Source of the DNA: Chromatiales bacterium
GTDB lineage: Bacteria > Pseudomonadota > Gammaproteobacteria > Steroidobacterales > GCA-2729495
DNA length: 64,000 bases
Assembly: GCA_002688175.1 (NCBI GenBank)
Contig: NZCC01000024.1
Location: 18,126 to 82,125, forward strand
Reading direction: 5' to 3'
Shown here: one piece after another, positions 31,801 through 37,433 of the stretch
How positions within the stretch are numbered: the first letter of the stretch is position 1
How the letters are laid out: every line of letters starts with the position of its first letter
Translations under genes and position numbers: made by a program
The notes under the pieces: generated by a model
The model's input: the letters and a program-made list of their open reading frames with translations, nothing else
Databases searched by the model: none
Told to the model about the DNA's origin: nothing

Positions 31801-32479
31801 CAAACAGCCGGGCGGGATCAGTCCGCAATTCTGGTGGCACGATGACGAGTCGGCCGCCGTGACACAAAGCGCCCCAGATTTCCCAAACCGAATATCCGAA
31901 CGATAACGGATGAAACATCGTCCAGACATCACCGGCATCAATATCGAGCCGGGCACCGATATCGTCAAACAGGGGAGCCAGATTTCCGTGAGTGACCATG
32001 ACACCTTTCGGTGCACCGGTCGAACCGGAGGTGAACATGACGTAACACAGATCATCAGAGGCGACGGGCATGTGCGGATCATCACTACCGGATGCCTTGA
32101 CCGGATCACTGTCCGCGTAAATGAGTTGTGCCGCGTGACCGGGCAGATCGGCCGCCGCCGTGGGCTGCGTAATGATAACGGCCGGTTCGGCCAGCTCGAG
32201 GATCTGCGCCAGCCGGTTAGTCGGCAGATCCGGATTCATCGGTACATAAGCACCGCCGGCCTTCATGATACCCAGCATCGCGGCAATCAGTTCAGCCCCT
32301 GGCGGCAGGTGCAGCCCCACGCGGACCTCGGCCACGACACCCGCCCCGATCAACGCATGCGCGAACTGGTTCGCCAGTGTATTTAAATCACCATAGGTCA
32401 GATGTCGCTCGCCGATAGTCAAGGCAACCACATACGGCCGCGACGCGGCGTGATTCTCGAATGACTCGTGCAGCAACAT
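19886..32479 (-). CDS. Nonribosomal peptide synthetase, A[MT]-T-C-A-T-C-A-T-C-A-T (starter module with embedded methyltransferase)
   Basis: Four TSGSTG loops; three HHIxxDG motifs; carriers GGDS, GGHS, GGHS, GGHS; SAM motif VLDIGTG inserted between the A8 and A9 motifs of module 1. Start is ATG 32479 or GTG 32494. Confidence 0.95.
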   Translation of the reverse strand: MLLHESFENHAASRPYVVALTIGERHLTYGDLNTLANQFAHALIGAGVVAEVRVGLHLPPGAELIAAMLGIMKAGGAYVPMNPDLPTNRLAQILELAEPAVIITQPTAAADLPGHAAQLIYADSDPVKASGSDDPHMPVASDDLCYVMFTSGSTGAPKGVMVTHGNLAPLFDDIGARLDIDAGDVWTMFHPLSFGYSVWEIWGALCHGGRLVIVPPELRTDPARLFALVCSQHVTMMSQTPSAFRQNLLSDIFADGIAATALRCVVLSGEAVDTEALQRWFRQHGDAEPRIVNTYAITETAGQLTFAACETADRSAGVAVGVGRPLAHAELVIISEECADQEWLPVPTGQAGELFVGGPSVARGYIGVEEQTSQRFITISIDGCQATRWYRTGDRARLTSEGELEFLGRTDEQIKLRGYRIEPGEIAAVLREHPAIDDAAVALRSDYGGEPRLVGYVVPHAGLLPEPATRPEFWPSVGPYQLYDEFLYDLMSSEAERLKSYREAFDRSVRGKVVLDIGTGEHALLARMCIDAGAHKVYAVEILEDAYRKARTLINDQGLADRIIVMQGDMASVDLPERVDVCTQGIIGNIGSADGIVPIWNSARRHFAPDCVPVPAHCRTLIAAVELPASLIADPAFSPVASRYAEQVFDRFDRRFDIRLCISDLPEAAIISAAHVFEDLDFTRELADASHGSARLKIARDARLDGYLVWTVVTTGGDTDVNYRRTQRAWLPVFFPLGETGDLFGVPVNEGDTIEVEWSIGIPAADSITGVPSIHPDYRVATSFATDNGQQANFEYRSRVEETALNSTPLYRALWHEASDHPDGDSLAHEPLRHWLAARLPEYMLPTAWVELEQLPLTSNHKLDRQALPAPERNSDVPGEPARDDLERDLVALWQDMLHVDNIGIQDNFFDLGGDSISAVRMTSALQRLLDDAVMLIALFDAPTVAGLGQYLREHHGTAIAVRYSGDASVADSVDSSPVPGNDDAPLSFQQQSFWVLNQLYPSMTGSNEQFVIPLDGSVDIKQLELAWNAVLERHEVLRTVFRETDIGVRQVVLPHKSVSIPVSILSPTNGDNGATQFMAAAQAAIGTSYDLTNGPLINACLYQLSARHSKLLVNAHHIIADGLSIRIIRDELAQRYESPGYREVDQPLPALMQYCDYSIHQRAESHGDGWERDLDFWRGALQDAPDRTALPSRAVTVAEDQWHGNQSRIGFVIDAATADSVRALSRQSNATLFMTLLAAFRVLLTRYSGQHDIVIGSPVTSRDTAMTQDMVGCLVNNVMFRNQLADGESFADVLVRERASALAALQHAGVPFERVVEALHPRRRFGEHPLFQILFLYEDAFERTRQGGELRFGLETLNTSRSSYWDIEFSVSDFGDDGVIRGYVGYSTARFDDAFARSIPAHYARLLRGIVSDPRILVGSLGLLEPGQRSKILVDWNDTRRHYPGPGKLHERFAVQVERSPDAIALIDDDKSLSYRELAARVQRVAGKLYERGIGPGDLVGVGIGRSVELVVGIIATLKTGAAYVPLDPNYPSLRLQFIVAQTGLQMILTDGCLPRSVSGTLDTIHLDEIDWSRPGVDTVVSDIEGDSADAAYVLYTSGSTGMPKGAIGLHGGAVNRCEWMWHEYGFTVDDVFCLRASPCFVDSVWEIFGPLTHGATLRVIADVDVSDPARLVERLGEQVVGKTVSHIVVVPSLLSALLDIDARLGRRLPGLHTWITSGEPLRPELLRRFRRACPGMTLLNTYGTSEIWDATCFDTSLWDEDETIVPIGKPIGNVRTYVLDALLQPVPIGVVGELYVSGAGLGAGYLNQPELNTKQFVPDPFSVTDGRAGGSGQLYRTGDLARYRPDGLLECLGRTDRQIKLRGFRIEPDEIATVIRDHPGISDACVVLRQRPGSEPLLVGYWQSADAGFTDTGISPVEALRSFLRTRLPDYMLPGMLIEVDRMPLTPSGKIDLQALPKLLSADVGEQRQPVEFVAPGTETEHAVAVLWREILGLNRVGLHDDFFDSGGHSLSATRLLARIRARFDLGLNLAQFFDAPTIVGVARHIDEHLQQQANQANVDAAADVIKLGWFERGDRLPLSFAQERLWFLNELDPDSPVYNIAFTIHLSGELNLDALQSVVDLLVQRHEILRTRFLSTDGRPYQEVLPDQRVPIRSEDLTGCDAREWERRLAELSAQSFVLDRGPLLRLDVLQGDPQKFLLLVVIHHIVSDGLSNGIFIDELATLYGCIADGREPALPTLPIQYADFSLWQRQGIKRPELDAQLNYWIEQLRDVPPALELPTDRPRPAEQMFRGAWLWRELSGERAETLRVFGRRHRCTLFMVLLGAFDVLLSRYSGQTDIVVGSPIAGRSWYELDGLIGLFVNTVALRTDLADNPTFSTLLTRVRRTTLDSQANQDLPFERLVESLRPDRTLSHAPVFQVMFNMTPIPDRTRNVAGVRMRNGRLQDHGVSTFDLTLNVGERADGLDLVFEYDRDLFDRQTIEQIATHFDYLLNAIVDTAETPVAALPLWPPEERAVLLDILNSPVGQNSNVQSDGKQSVHAQSVLALFESWVDRQPAALAVECEHIRLTYAELDRQANCVAGQLHAFGIEPGAYIAVCLERSVDLLVAVLGVLKAGCAYVPLDAGYPAARLADMFTVVQPRALITQVTAASALSFVSVPTILLDEDRVSLMRGALNRPDYQPLLTDPAYALFTSGSTGTPKAVAVTHGNLAAIFSAWQDTYALTADDRHLQMASFSFDVFTGDWVRALCSGGSLVLCPRFDLLEPARLFALLRDRHVTCAEFVPVVLRELLAWLAQSDADLAFMRLIAVGSDSWYGSEYAALATVAGPHTRVINSYGTAETTIDSIFFEALGDMKKHVMDEGFVPIGRPFAGSRVYVCDPGLRLVPPGVPGELCIGGAGVASGYIGEPELTAERFITDPFVPGGRLYRTGDRARYHSDGTLVLLGRMDRQVKLRGFRIELGDIEAALSRQPDIAAAAVIIDNVEKDRRLVAFIVPASGPISIDALRVALRGLMPDYMVPALFVELDTLPITSNGKVDRNRLPVPEQVSRHATACVEPSGPVEAVLLELYRDVLGISDIGVHDSFFDRGGHSLLATQLVSRIRDVLNTELPLRALFEDPTIAGLVAAIGRQVGGAPPPLHPLPRHASYTAPVSLMQQRLWFLALLEPDNPAYHLHWSVRLTGALDRSALSQAVDALVARHDSLRTTIGVPERAPEVEPLQHIAGRKSVRVEYPGSSRRLEDLIALPFDLSSGPLLRVHLLESESDQHILLLVIHHIIADGWSLSVLFDELSQAYNAYRCDEVPGWEVPGSAGLPVQYADYAIWQRKWLTGTELARQTDYWCNHLAEAPELLELPIDRPRPALQTHAGAWFELTIPAGLTAALHGVGRAENCTLFMVLMAAFDIALARFAGTTDVIVGTPIAGRSRTELEGLIGFFVNTLVIRASVDGNPTIRELLGRVKQTALDAYAHQDLPFEKLVEVLRPRRSRSYNPIVQALFAVHNQPVNPFAPDGLEVESINVSSNTAKFDLSVHVADRGGELQCGFGYNPDLFDVATIEAFADYYETILTAVSRDVGVRLSELGTVPVSIAEPDWTDNLVERFASQVHRAPQAIAVRTTDTALSYGELNALANGVAQQLLSLSLSSDARPPRIGLLCCYDERLVAGLLGVLKAGYTWVPLDPAWPAARLATIATDAGLAAIVTDPQHRQQAEGLCGAQLSPALLVDIAECRAAGDPVVNIAADTLACIIYTSGSTGAPKGVMQTHSGVVIQVGRYSKALRLRPSDQLSGLSGYAYDAAIQDIFGALLTGATICPLVVRSSGQHLFEQSIVVEQLATAAISVMHATPSLFRYLLSSYDSGSNVCDLSSVRTVVLGGEPVLRSDFELYRKYFARGTQFVNGLGLTESTVALQFMADHDTPLHGQQVPLGMPVAGLEVDLIDESGASSWYGEIVLSGTGLSPGYWGQTTLNTQRSGSVSSLRTGDIAYRRPDGQIVFVGRRDEQVNVRGYRVELAEIEATLSALRGVADSAARIWQRDDDLWLAAYVVAAPGVELQVDDLRAALAERLPAYMLPQSFDCLEMLPRLTSGKLARHELPAPRRARVAEPETARTALEVELVSIWSDLLQLETLGVNDDFFALGGHSLLATRVIARIRDQLDLEIPLAGLFDAPTVAGLVVLIETIRQDHPVPALTRIPRKNRRSS

Positions 32480-32481
32480 AT

Positions 32482-33225
32482 CTATACCCGGCACTCAAGA
32501 CCGATGACCGGCGGATTGTCCAGATACTCCTGCCAGTAATCGACACCGTGCGCCTCGATACCGGCCGGATCGAGCATGAGCGGATGCCATGCAACGCGGC
32601 CAAAACCGACATCGGTCAACACTTGTTCATAAGTCTGCCGTGCATAGTAATGCGCATGAAACTTAAACAGTTCACGTCCGGCGACCATGAAGTAGGTAAT
32701 CTGCGCGCCATCGGTTGCAGGCTTGTCGATTGTCTTGTTGAAACCATATTGCTCATAACCGCCATACTGTCCGGCCGCCTGATCAGGATTTTCATTGAGC
32801 GTTACAAAACGACCGGTCACAGACATATGGCGCTTTATATTGCGGCACATGCGCACAAGATCGGTGCAGCTCGGTGCGTAGTGCAACAGGTAGGCTGCAA
32901 CGATAACGTCAAACTCGCCGAGATCATCAAGCTCGCATACATCTGCACAGACAAAATCTATGCCCTGCGGATCATTGCGTTCCTGTTGTTCCGCCAGGCG
33001 AATCATCTCAACGGAGATATCGACACCGGTAACACTTGCAGCCCCGAGCGCCTTCAGGCGGCGCGAATAAAAACCTTCACCGCAAGCCAGATCCAGTACT
33101 CGCTTGCCACGAACATCGCCGATAAGATTTAAAAAGGTGTAGGCCTCGATGTATGCCCGCAGCGGCGATGATTTTGACCGCCGATATTGTTCGGCGATGG
33201 CATCGTACTGGCTTGCGCTTGGCAT
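32482..33225 (-). CDS. Class I SAM-dependent methyltransferase (resembles ToxA-type heterocycle N-methyltransferases)
   Basis: YDAIAEQY, VLDLACGEG, GVDISVEM, AAYLLHYA; start set to ATG 33225. The ToxA-like label is from recalled motif similarity. Confidence 0.85.
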   Translation of the reverse strand: MPSASQYDAIAEQYRRSKSSPLRAYIEAYTFLNLIGDVRGKRVLDLACGEGFYSRRLKALGAASVTGVDISVEMIRLAEQQERNDPQGIDFVCADVCELDDLGEFDVIVAAYLLHYAPSCTDLVRMCRNIKRHMSVTGRFVTLNENPDQAAGQYGGYEQYGFNKTIDKPATDGAQITYFMVAGRELFKFHAHYYARQTYEQVLTDVGFGRVAWHPLMLDPAGIEAHGVDYWQEYLDNPPVIGLECRV

Positions 33226-33242
33226 TAGCTGACCGAACCAAC

Positions 33243-33722
33243 CTATCGACCGCCGGACCACGTTACAATCAGCGCACGACATTCCGCTGCAAGGCAGCCG
33301 CCTTCGAGTTTCAGCGGCACGAAGTTACCGGGCGATGTAGCCAGTTCGTTGCCGGTGACGGCATTCATGTCAGCAATCCCGGCCCCATAAACTATTCTGC
33401 TGACCCCGGCATAGTGACAGGCCGTCTGGCACATCAAGCAGGGTTCAACGGTTACGTACAACGTGCATCCGCTCAGATCGAGCTTGCGCAGCTGACGACA
33501 TGCCTCGCGAATAACCCGCATTTCGGCATGTGCGGTGATATCAAGTTCACCGATTACGGCATTACTCAGTGTTACAACAATCTCGCCATCCGCAACCAGG
33601 CACGCACCTACCGGTGGTTCGCCGGCCAGCATACCGCGTCGTGCTGCTTCAAGCGCCGCCAGCATGAAAACATCATGCGACGATGCACCGCTGGCAACCC
33701 CGGCTGTATCGACATCAATCAT
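33243..33722 (-). CDS. Zn-dependent nucleobase/nucleoside deaminase (cytidine deaminase fold, guanine deaminase/TadA-like)
   Basis: AHAE and TVEPCLMC zinc motifs; ATG 33722 overlaps the queD stop. Confidence 0.9.
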   Translation of the reverse strand: MIDVDTAGVASGASSHDVFMLAALEAARRGMLAGEPPVGACLVADGEIVVTLSNAVIGELDITAHAEMRVIREACRQLRKLDLSGCTLYVTVEPCLMCQTACHYAGVSRIVYGAGIADMNAVTGNELATSPGNFVPLKLEGGCLAAECRALIVTWSGGR

Positions 33723-34077
33723 CGGGGCCCCGGTAGATGCATCCGGATGTACAGGTTTCGTTAATGACCACCCGTGACAATTGCGGCAGATCGGGCTTGA
33801 GGTGATCCCAAATCCATTTTGCCAGCACTTCACTCGTCGGGTTTTCCAGGCCCTCTATGTCATTCAGATAGTTATGATCAAGCTGCTCGAACAAAGGGGC
33901 AAACAATTTCTTGATATCCCCGTAATCCATAATCCAGCCAGACTCGGGATCGATATCACCGGCAACATAAATCCCACTCTTCCACGAATGGCCATGCAAA
34001 CGGGCGCACTTGTGCCCCGGTGGGACTCGCGGCAACCGATGTGCCGCCTCAAACATAAATTCTTTATATATTTCCAT
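33715..34077 (-). CDS. queD: 6-carboxy-5,6,7,8-tetrahydropterin synthase
   Basis: [17 protein letters not shown] (QueD-type Cys), LDHNYLN, ENPTSE, ETCTSGC; GGAG RBS before ATG 34077. Confidence 0.95.
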   Translation of the reverse strand: MEIYKEFMFEAAHRLPRVPPGHKCARLHGHSWKSGIYVAGDIDPESGWIMDYGDIKKLFAPLFEQLDHNYLNDIEGLENPTSEVLAKWIWDHLKPDLPQLSRVVINETCTSGCIYRGPDD

Positions 34078-34324
34078 GCATATCTCCAACCCCGCCCATC
34101 ACCGGGAGTCACATAACAAGCTTCGATGGCAGGGTCGTTCCAGAGGCTCCGACGCTTTTTCTGTCGTTATTATCGTCCGGTCATAGCCGGAAGTGATATT
34201 TTGCATCAGTAACGGGGGTCGCGGCCACCGGGTAACGGCCATACCGGCTGAAATGCATAATTTGGACGACCGGTCGCGGGCAAGATACCATTCATCCTCG
34301 CTGTACAGACACAATAGAACACTT

Positions 34325-34999
34325 ATGGAACAAATCGCTAACATCAAGACTATCAGCATCATCGGCGGCACCGGCGCACTCGGCACCGGGCTGGCCAGTC
34401 GCTGGGCCCGGGCCGGCTATCGGATCATCATCGGTTCCCGGCAGGCCGATAAAGCCGTCAACTCAGCAGCCGCTCTGCATAAGGATTTGCCGGATGCAGC
34501 GATTGAAGGACTGCAGAATCGTGCGGCAGCCGCGGCCGGCGATATTGTCATCATGACCGTACCGTTCGCACACCAGCGCCCGACCCTCGAGGATATTCGT
34601 AGCGAACTGGCCGGGAAAATCCTCATCGATACGACCGTACCGCTGGTTCCACCCAAGGTTGCACGGGTACAAATGCCCGCTGAAGGCTGCGCTGCACTGA
34701 TTGCACAGCAAATCGTCGGTGAAAATGTCACGGTAGTTTCCGCATTCCAGAACGTCGCAGCCGACCTGATGGCATCCGATACCGAGATGGGCTGCGATGT
34801 ACTCGTAGCCGGTGATAAACTCGCGGCTCGTGAAGTGGTCATACAACTGGCTGAACAAGCAAAATTTAAAGCCTGGCACGCCGGACCGCTCGCCAATTCG
34901 GGGGCCATGGAAGCACTGACGTCGGTGCTGATTTTCATTAACAAACGCTATCCCGGCAGCCACGCAGGCGTGCGCGTGACCGGAATCGCAACACCCTGA
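34325..34999 (+). CDS. npdG: NADPH-dependent F420 reductase (F420H2:NADP+ oxidoreductase)
   Basis: IIGGTGALG, IIGSR, DTTVPL, VVSAFQNVAA, AGPLANS, INKRY; first gene of the F420 operon. Confidence 0.9.
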   Translation: MEQIANIKTISIIGGTGALGTGLASRWARAGYRIIIGSRQADKAVNSAAALHKDLPDAAIEGLQNRAAAAAGDIVIMTVPFAHQRPTLEDIRSELAGKILIDTTVPLVPPKVARVQMPAEGCAALIAQQIVGENVTVVSAFQNVAADLMASDTEMGCDVLVAGDKLAAREVVIQLAEQAKFKAWHAGPLANSGAMEALTSVLIFINKRYPGSHAGVRVTGIATP

Positions 35000-35009
35000 T
35001 CCGGATTCG

Positions 35010-35777
35010 ATGATGCCGACACCGGCGCTGACCTTTTTCCCACTCCCTGATCTGCCGCTGATCGAACCGGGCAGCGGCCTGGCTGCGCTCATCATCGAGC
35101 ACCTCGGCAAGGCCGGACTTGCGCCGCAAGATGGTGATGTGTTGGCAATTGCACAAAAAATTATCTCCAAGGCCGAAGATTGTTTCGTCGACCTGAAAGA
35201 CATCGAACCCTCACCGGAAGCTCTCAAGCTGGCCTATAGCACAGAGAAAGACCCGCGACTCGCCGAACTAATACTGCGTGAGTCGGCACGCATCGTACGC
35301 GACACGCCCGGAGTCCTGATCGTCGAACACCACCTCGGTATTGTGCTTGCCAATGCCGGTATCGACCGATCCAACGTCAACAACGATGAAGATACCGTGC
35401 TGCTCCTGCCTGACGACCCGGATGCATCGGCCCGGCAATTGAAGGCAACGCTCGATGCACACTTTGGCATCCACCTCGGTATCGTCATTACCGACAGCGT
35501 CGGCCGGCCGTGGCGGCTCGGCACAACCGGGATTGCGATCGGCTGCGCAGGCCTTGAGGCCATGCATGACATGCGCGGGCGGACTGATATGTTTGGCCGC
35601 GTGTTACAGGTAGCTGAAGTTGCGACAGCAGACTGCATCGCCGGTACCGCGACATTACTCATGGGTGAAGGTGCTGAAGCCATCCCGGTGGTACTGATCA
35701 GAGGCCTTAAGGCCGGCGAGTCGACACAATCAGCAAAAATAATTGTGCGCCCCGCAGACGAAAACCTGTTCGAGTGA
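35010..35777 (+). CDS. cofE: Coenzyme F420-0:L-glutamate ligase
   Basis: AQKIISKAE, ANAGIDRSN, LPDDPDASA, TDSVGRPWRLG, DMFGR. Confidence 0.93.
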   Translation: MMPTPALTFFPLPDLPLIEPGSGLAALIIEHLGKAGLAPQDGDVLAIAQKIISKAEDCFVDLKDIEPSPEALKLAYSTEKDPRLAELILRESARIVRDTPGVLIVEHHLGIVLANAGIDRSNVNNDEDTVLLLPDDPDASARQLKATLDAHFGIHLGIVITDSVGRPWRLGTTGIAIGCAGLEAMHDMRGRTDMFGRVLQVAEVATADCIAGTATLLMGEGAEAIPVVLIRGLKAGESTQSAKIIVRPADENLFE

Positions 35778-36745
35778 ACTTCCAGCACGGCAATATCGTC
35801 GCGCTGACCGGTGGAGTCGGTGGCGCCAAGCTGGTCCTCGGCCTGAGCCAGATTCTTAAAGCGACGCAACTGACCGCGATCGTCAATACTGGCGATGATT
35901 TCACCCACCTCGGCCTGCCGATCAGCCCGGATCTTGACACGCTGATGTACACACTGGCCGGGTTGGTAAACCCTGATACCGGCTGGGGTTGTAACGACGA
36001 AACCTGGAGTTTCATGCAGGCACTGGAACAACTGGATGCTGAAACCTGGTTCCGGATTGGTGACCGCGACCTGGCTACTCATGTCATCCGCGCACAGTTA
36101 CTGGCTGAACCGGCAACACTGACACAGGTCACACAAGCCCTGTGTCAACGCCTGTCGATTCACACCCGGATTTTACCGATGTCTGATACACCGGTCAGGA
36201 CACAAGTCGTGACTGACTGTGGTCGCCTCGACTTTCAACATTATTTCGTGCGCGATCGTGCTGAACCGGTCGTCAAACAACTTGAGTACGCCGGTGTCGA
36301 TAATGCCGCCCCATCGCCCGCAGCCCTGACCGCACTGCAGGATCCTGATCTGGCAGGCATTGTCATCGCACCGTCCAACCCCTATCTGTCAATCGACCCG
36401 ATCCTGGCCGTACCGGGCATGCGCGCCGCACTGCAGGCCGCCACCGCACCGATCGTCGCTGTATCGCCCATCGTCGGCGGCGCCGCACTCAAGGGCCCGG
36501 CCGCCAAAATTATGCGTGAACTCGGCATTGAACCTTCCGCAGCAGCCGTTTCCCGTCATTATGGTGACCTGCTCGACGGATTTATTGCTGATGAGCACGA
36601 TCGTGATATGGTTTCCACACCGGACCAACTAAACTTGCCGGTACAGATTTGCGACACCATCATGCATACACTTGACGATAAGATCAGGCTGGCACGTGCA
36701 ATTCTGGACTTCATCCAGTCAATTGACGTGAACCGGACGGAATAA
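35774..36745 (+). CDS. cofD: 2-phospho-L-lactate/PEP transferase
   Basis: GGVGGAK, NTGDDF, SPDLDT, IGDRDLATH, FQHYFV, PSNPYLSIDPIL, KGPAAKIM. Confidence 0.95.
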   Translation: MNFQHGNIVALTGGVGGAKLVLGLSQILKATQLTAIVNTGDDFTHLGLPISPDLDTLMYTLAGLVNPDTGWGCNDETWSFMQALEQLDAETWFRIGDRDLATHVIRAQLLAEPATLTQVTQALCQRLSIHTRILPMSDTPVRTQVVTDCGRLDFQHYFVRDRAEPVVKQLEYAGVDNAAPSPAALTALQDPDLAGIVIAPSNPYLSIDPILAVPGMRAALQAATAPIVAVSPIVGGAALKGPAAKIMRELGIEPSAAAVSRHYGDLLDGFIADEHDRDMVSTPDQLNLPVQICDTIMHTLDDKIRLARAILDFIQSIDVNRTE

Positions 36746-36749
36746 ACCA

Positions 36750-37433
36750 TTGCCAGATAACGCAACAACCTGGGCCCTCGTGCCGATCAAGAATTTCACC
36801 CGGGCCAAGAGCCGGCTTAGCACTGCCCTGAGCGCAGAACAGTGTGCGCAGCTGGCTACTTACATGGCTGCTGACGTAACCACCACGCTACGCAATTGCA
36901 CCGGCATTGGCCACGTCGTATGCCTGGGCGAAGATCCGCTGATCCGGACGTTCAGCACAGAACAAGACTGTGAATTCATTGCTGAACTGGAAGGTGCCGG
37001 ATTGTCTGCCAATCTGGATCATGCAGCCCGTCAGTTACAGGCCAACGGCGCACAAACGCTGTTAATCATACCGAGCGATCTACCGACCATCACCACTAAC
37101 GATGTTGATGCCTTGCTCAGGGAACATTGCGGTGGACTGACAATCTGTCCAGCCGGTCGGGACGGCGGCACCAATGCGCTGGTCATTTCACCGCCGACGG
37201 GGATCGGGTTTCTGTTTGGTGAGCAAAGTTGCGAGCGACATATTCTGGCAGCGAAAGCAGCAGGACTCGAACATCGGGTTACCTGCCCGACCGCATTCCA
37301 ATGCGATATCGATCGACCGACCGACCTTGTGCAACTGTGCAGCATCAACCCGATGGGGCACACGGGCAAATACCTCAGTCAGTCAGGGATTCGCAGTGCA
37401 TTTCGCCAGCCACCTTCGGTCGCCAGCGCATGA
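36750..37433 (+). CDS. cofC: 2-phospho-L-lactate/PEP guanylyltransferase
   Basis: VPIKNFTRAKSRLS, PSDLP, DGGTNAL, FGEQS, DIDRPTDL. Confidence 0.9.
   Translation: MPDNATTWALVPIKNFTRAKSRLSTALSAEQCAQLATYMAADVTTTLRNCTGIGHVVCLGEDPLIRTFSTEQDCEFIAELEGAGLSANLDHAARQLQANGAQTLLIIPSDLPTITTNDVDALLREHCGGLTICPAGRDGGTNALVISPPTGIGFLFGEQSCERHILAAKAAGLEHRVTCPTAFQCDIDRPTDLVQLCSINPMGHTGKYLSQSGIRSAFRQPPSVASA

Noticed and set aside
32461..33764. Plus-strand ORFs of 223 and 203 aa
   Set aside because: Antisense shadows of the methyltransferase and deaminase, with no recognisable motifs.
12888..34077. folE/queD as a 7-deazaguanine DNA-modification (dpd) or queuosine locus
   Set aside because: No dpdA/tgt, queC or queE in the window; the genes are coupled to NRPS genes instead.
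34078..34324. preQ1 riboswitch upstream of queD
   Set aside because: No preQ1-type stem with A-rich tail recognisable on the minus strand.
34417..36082. Minus-strand ORFs of 175-282 aa
   Set aside because: Antisense to npdG/cofE/cofD; typical GC-rich shadow frames.
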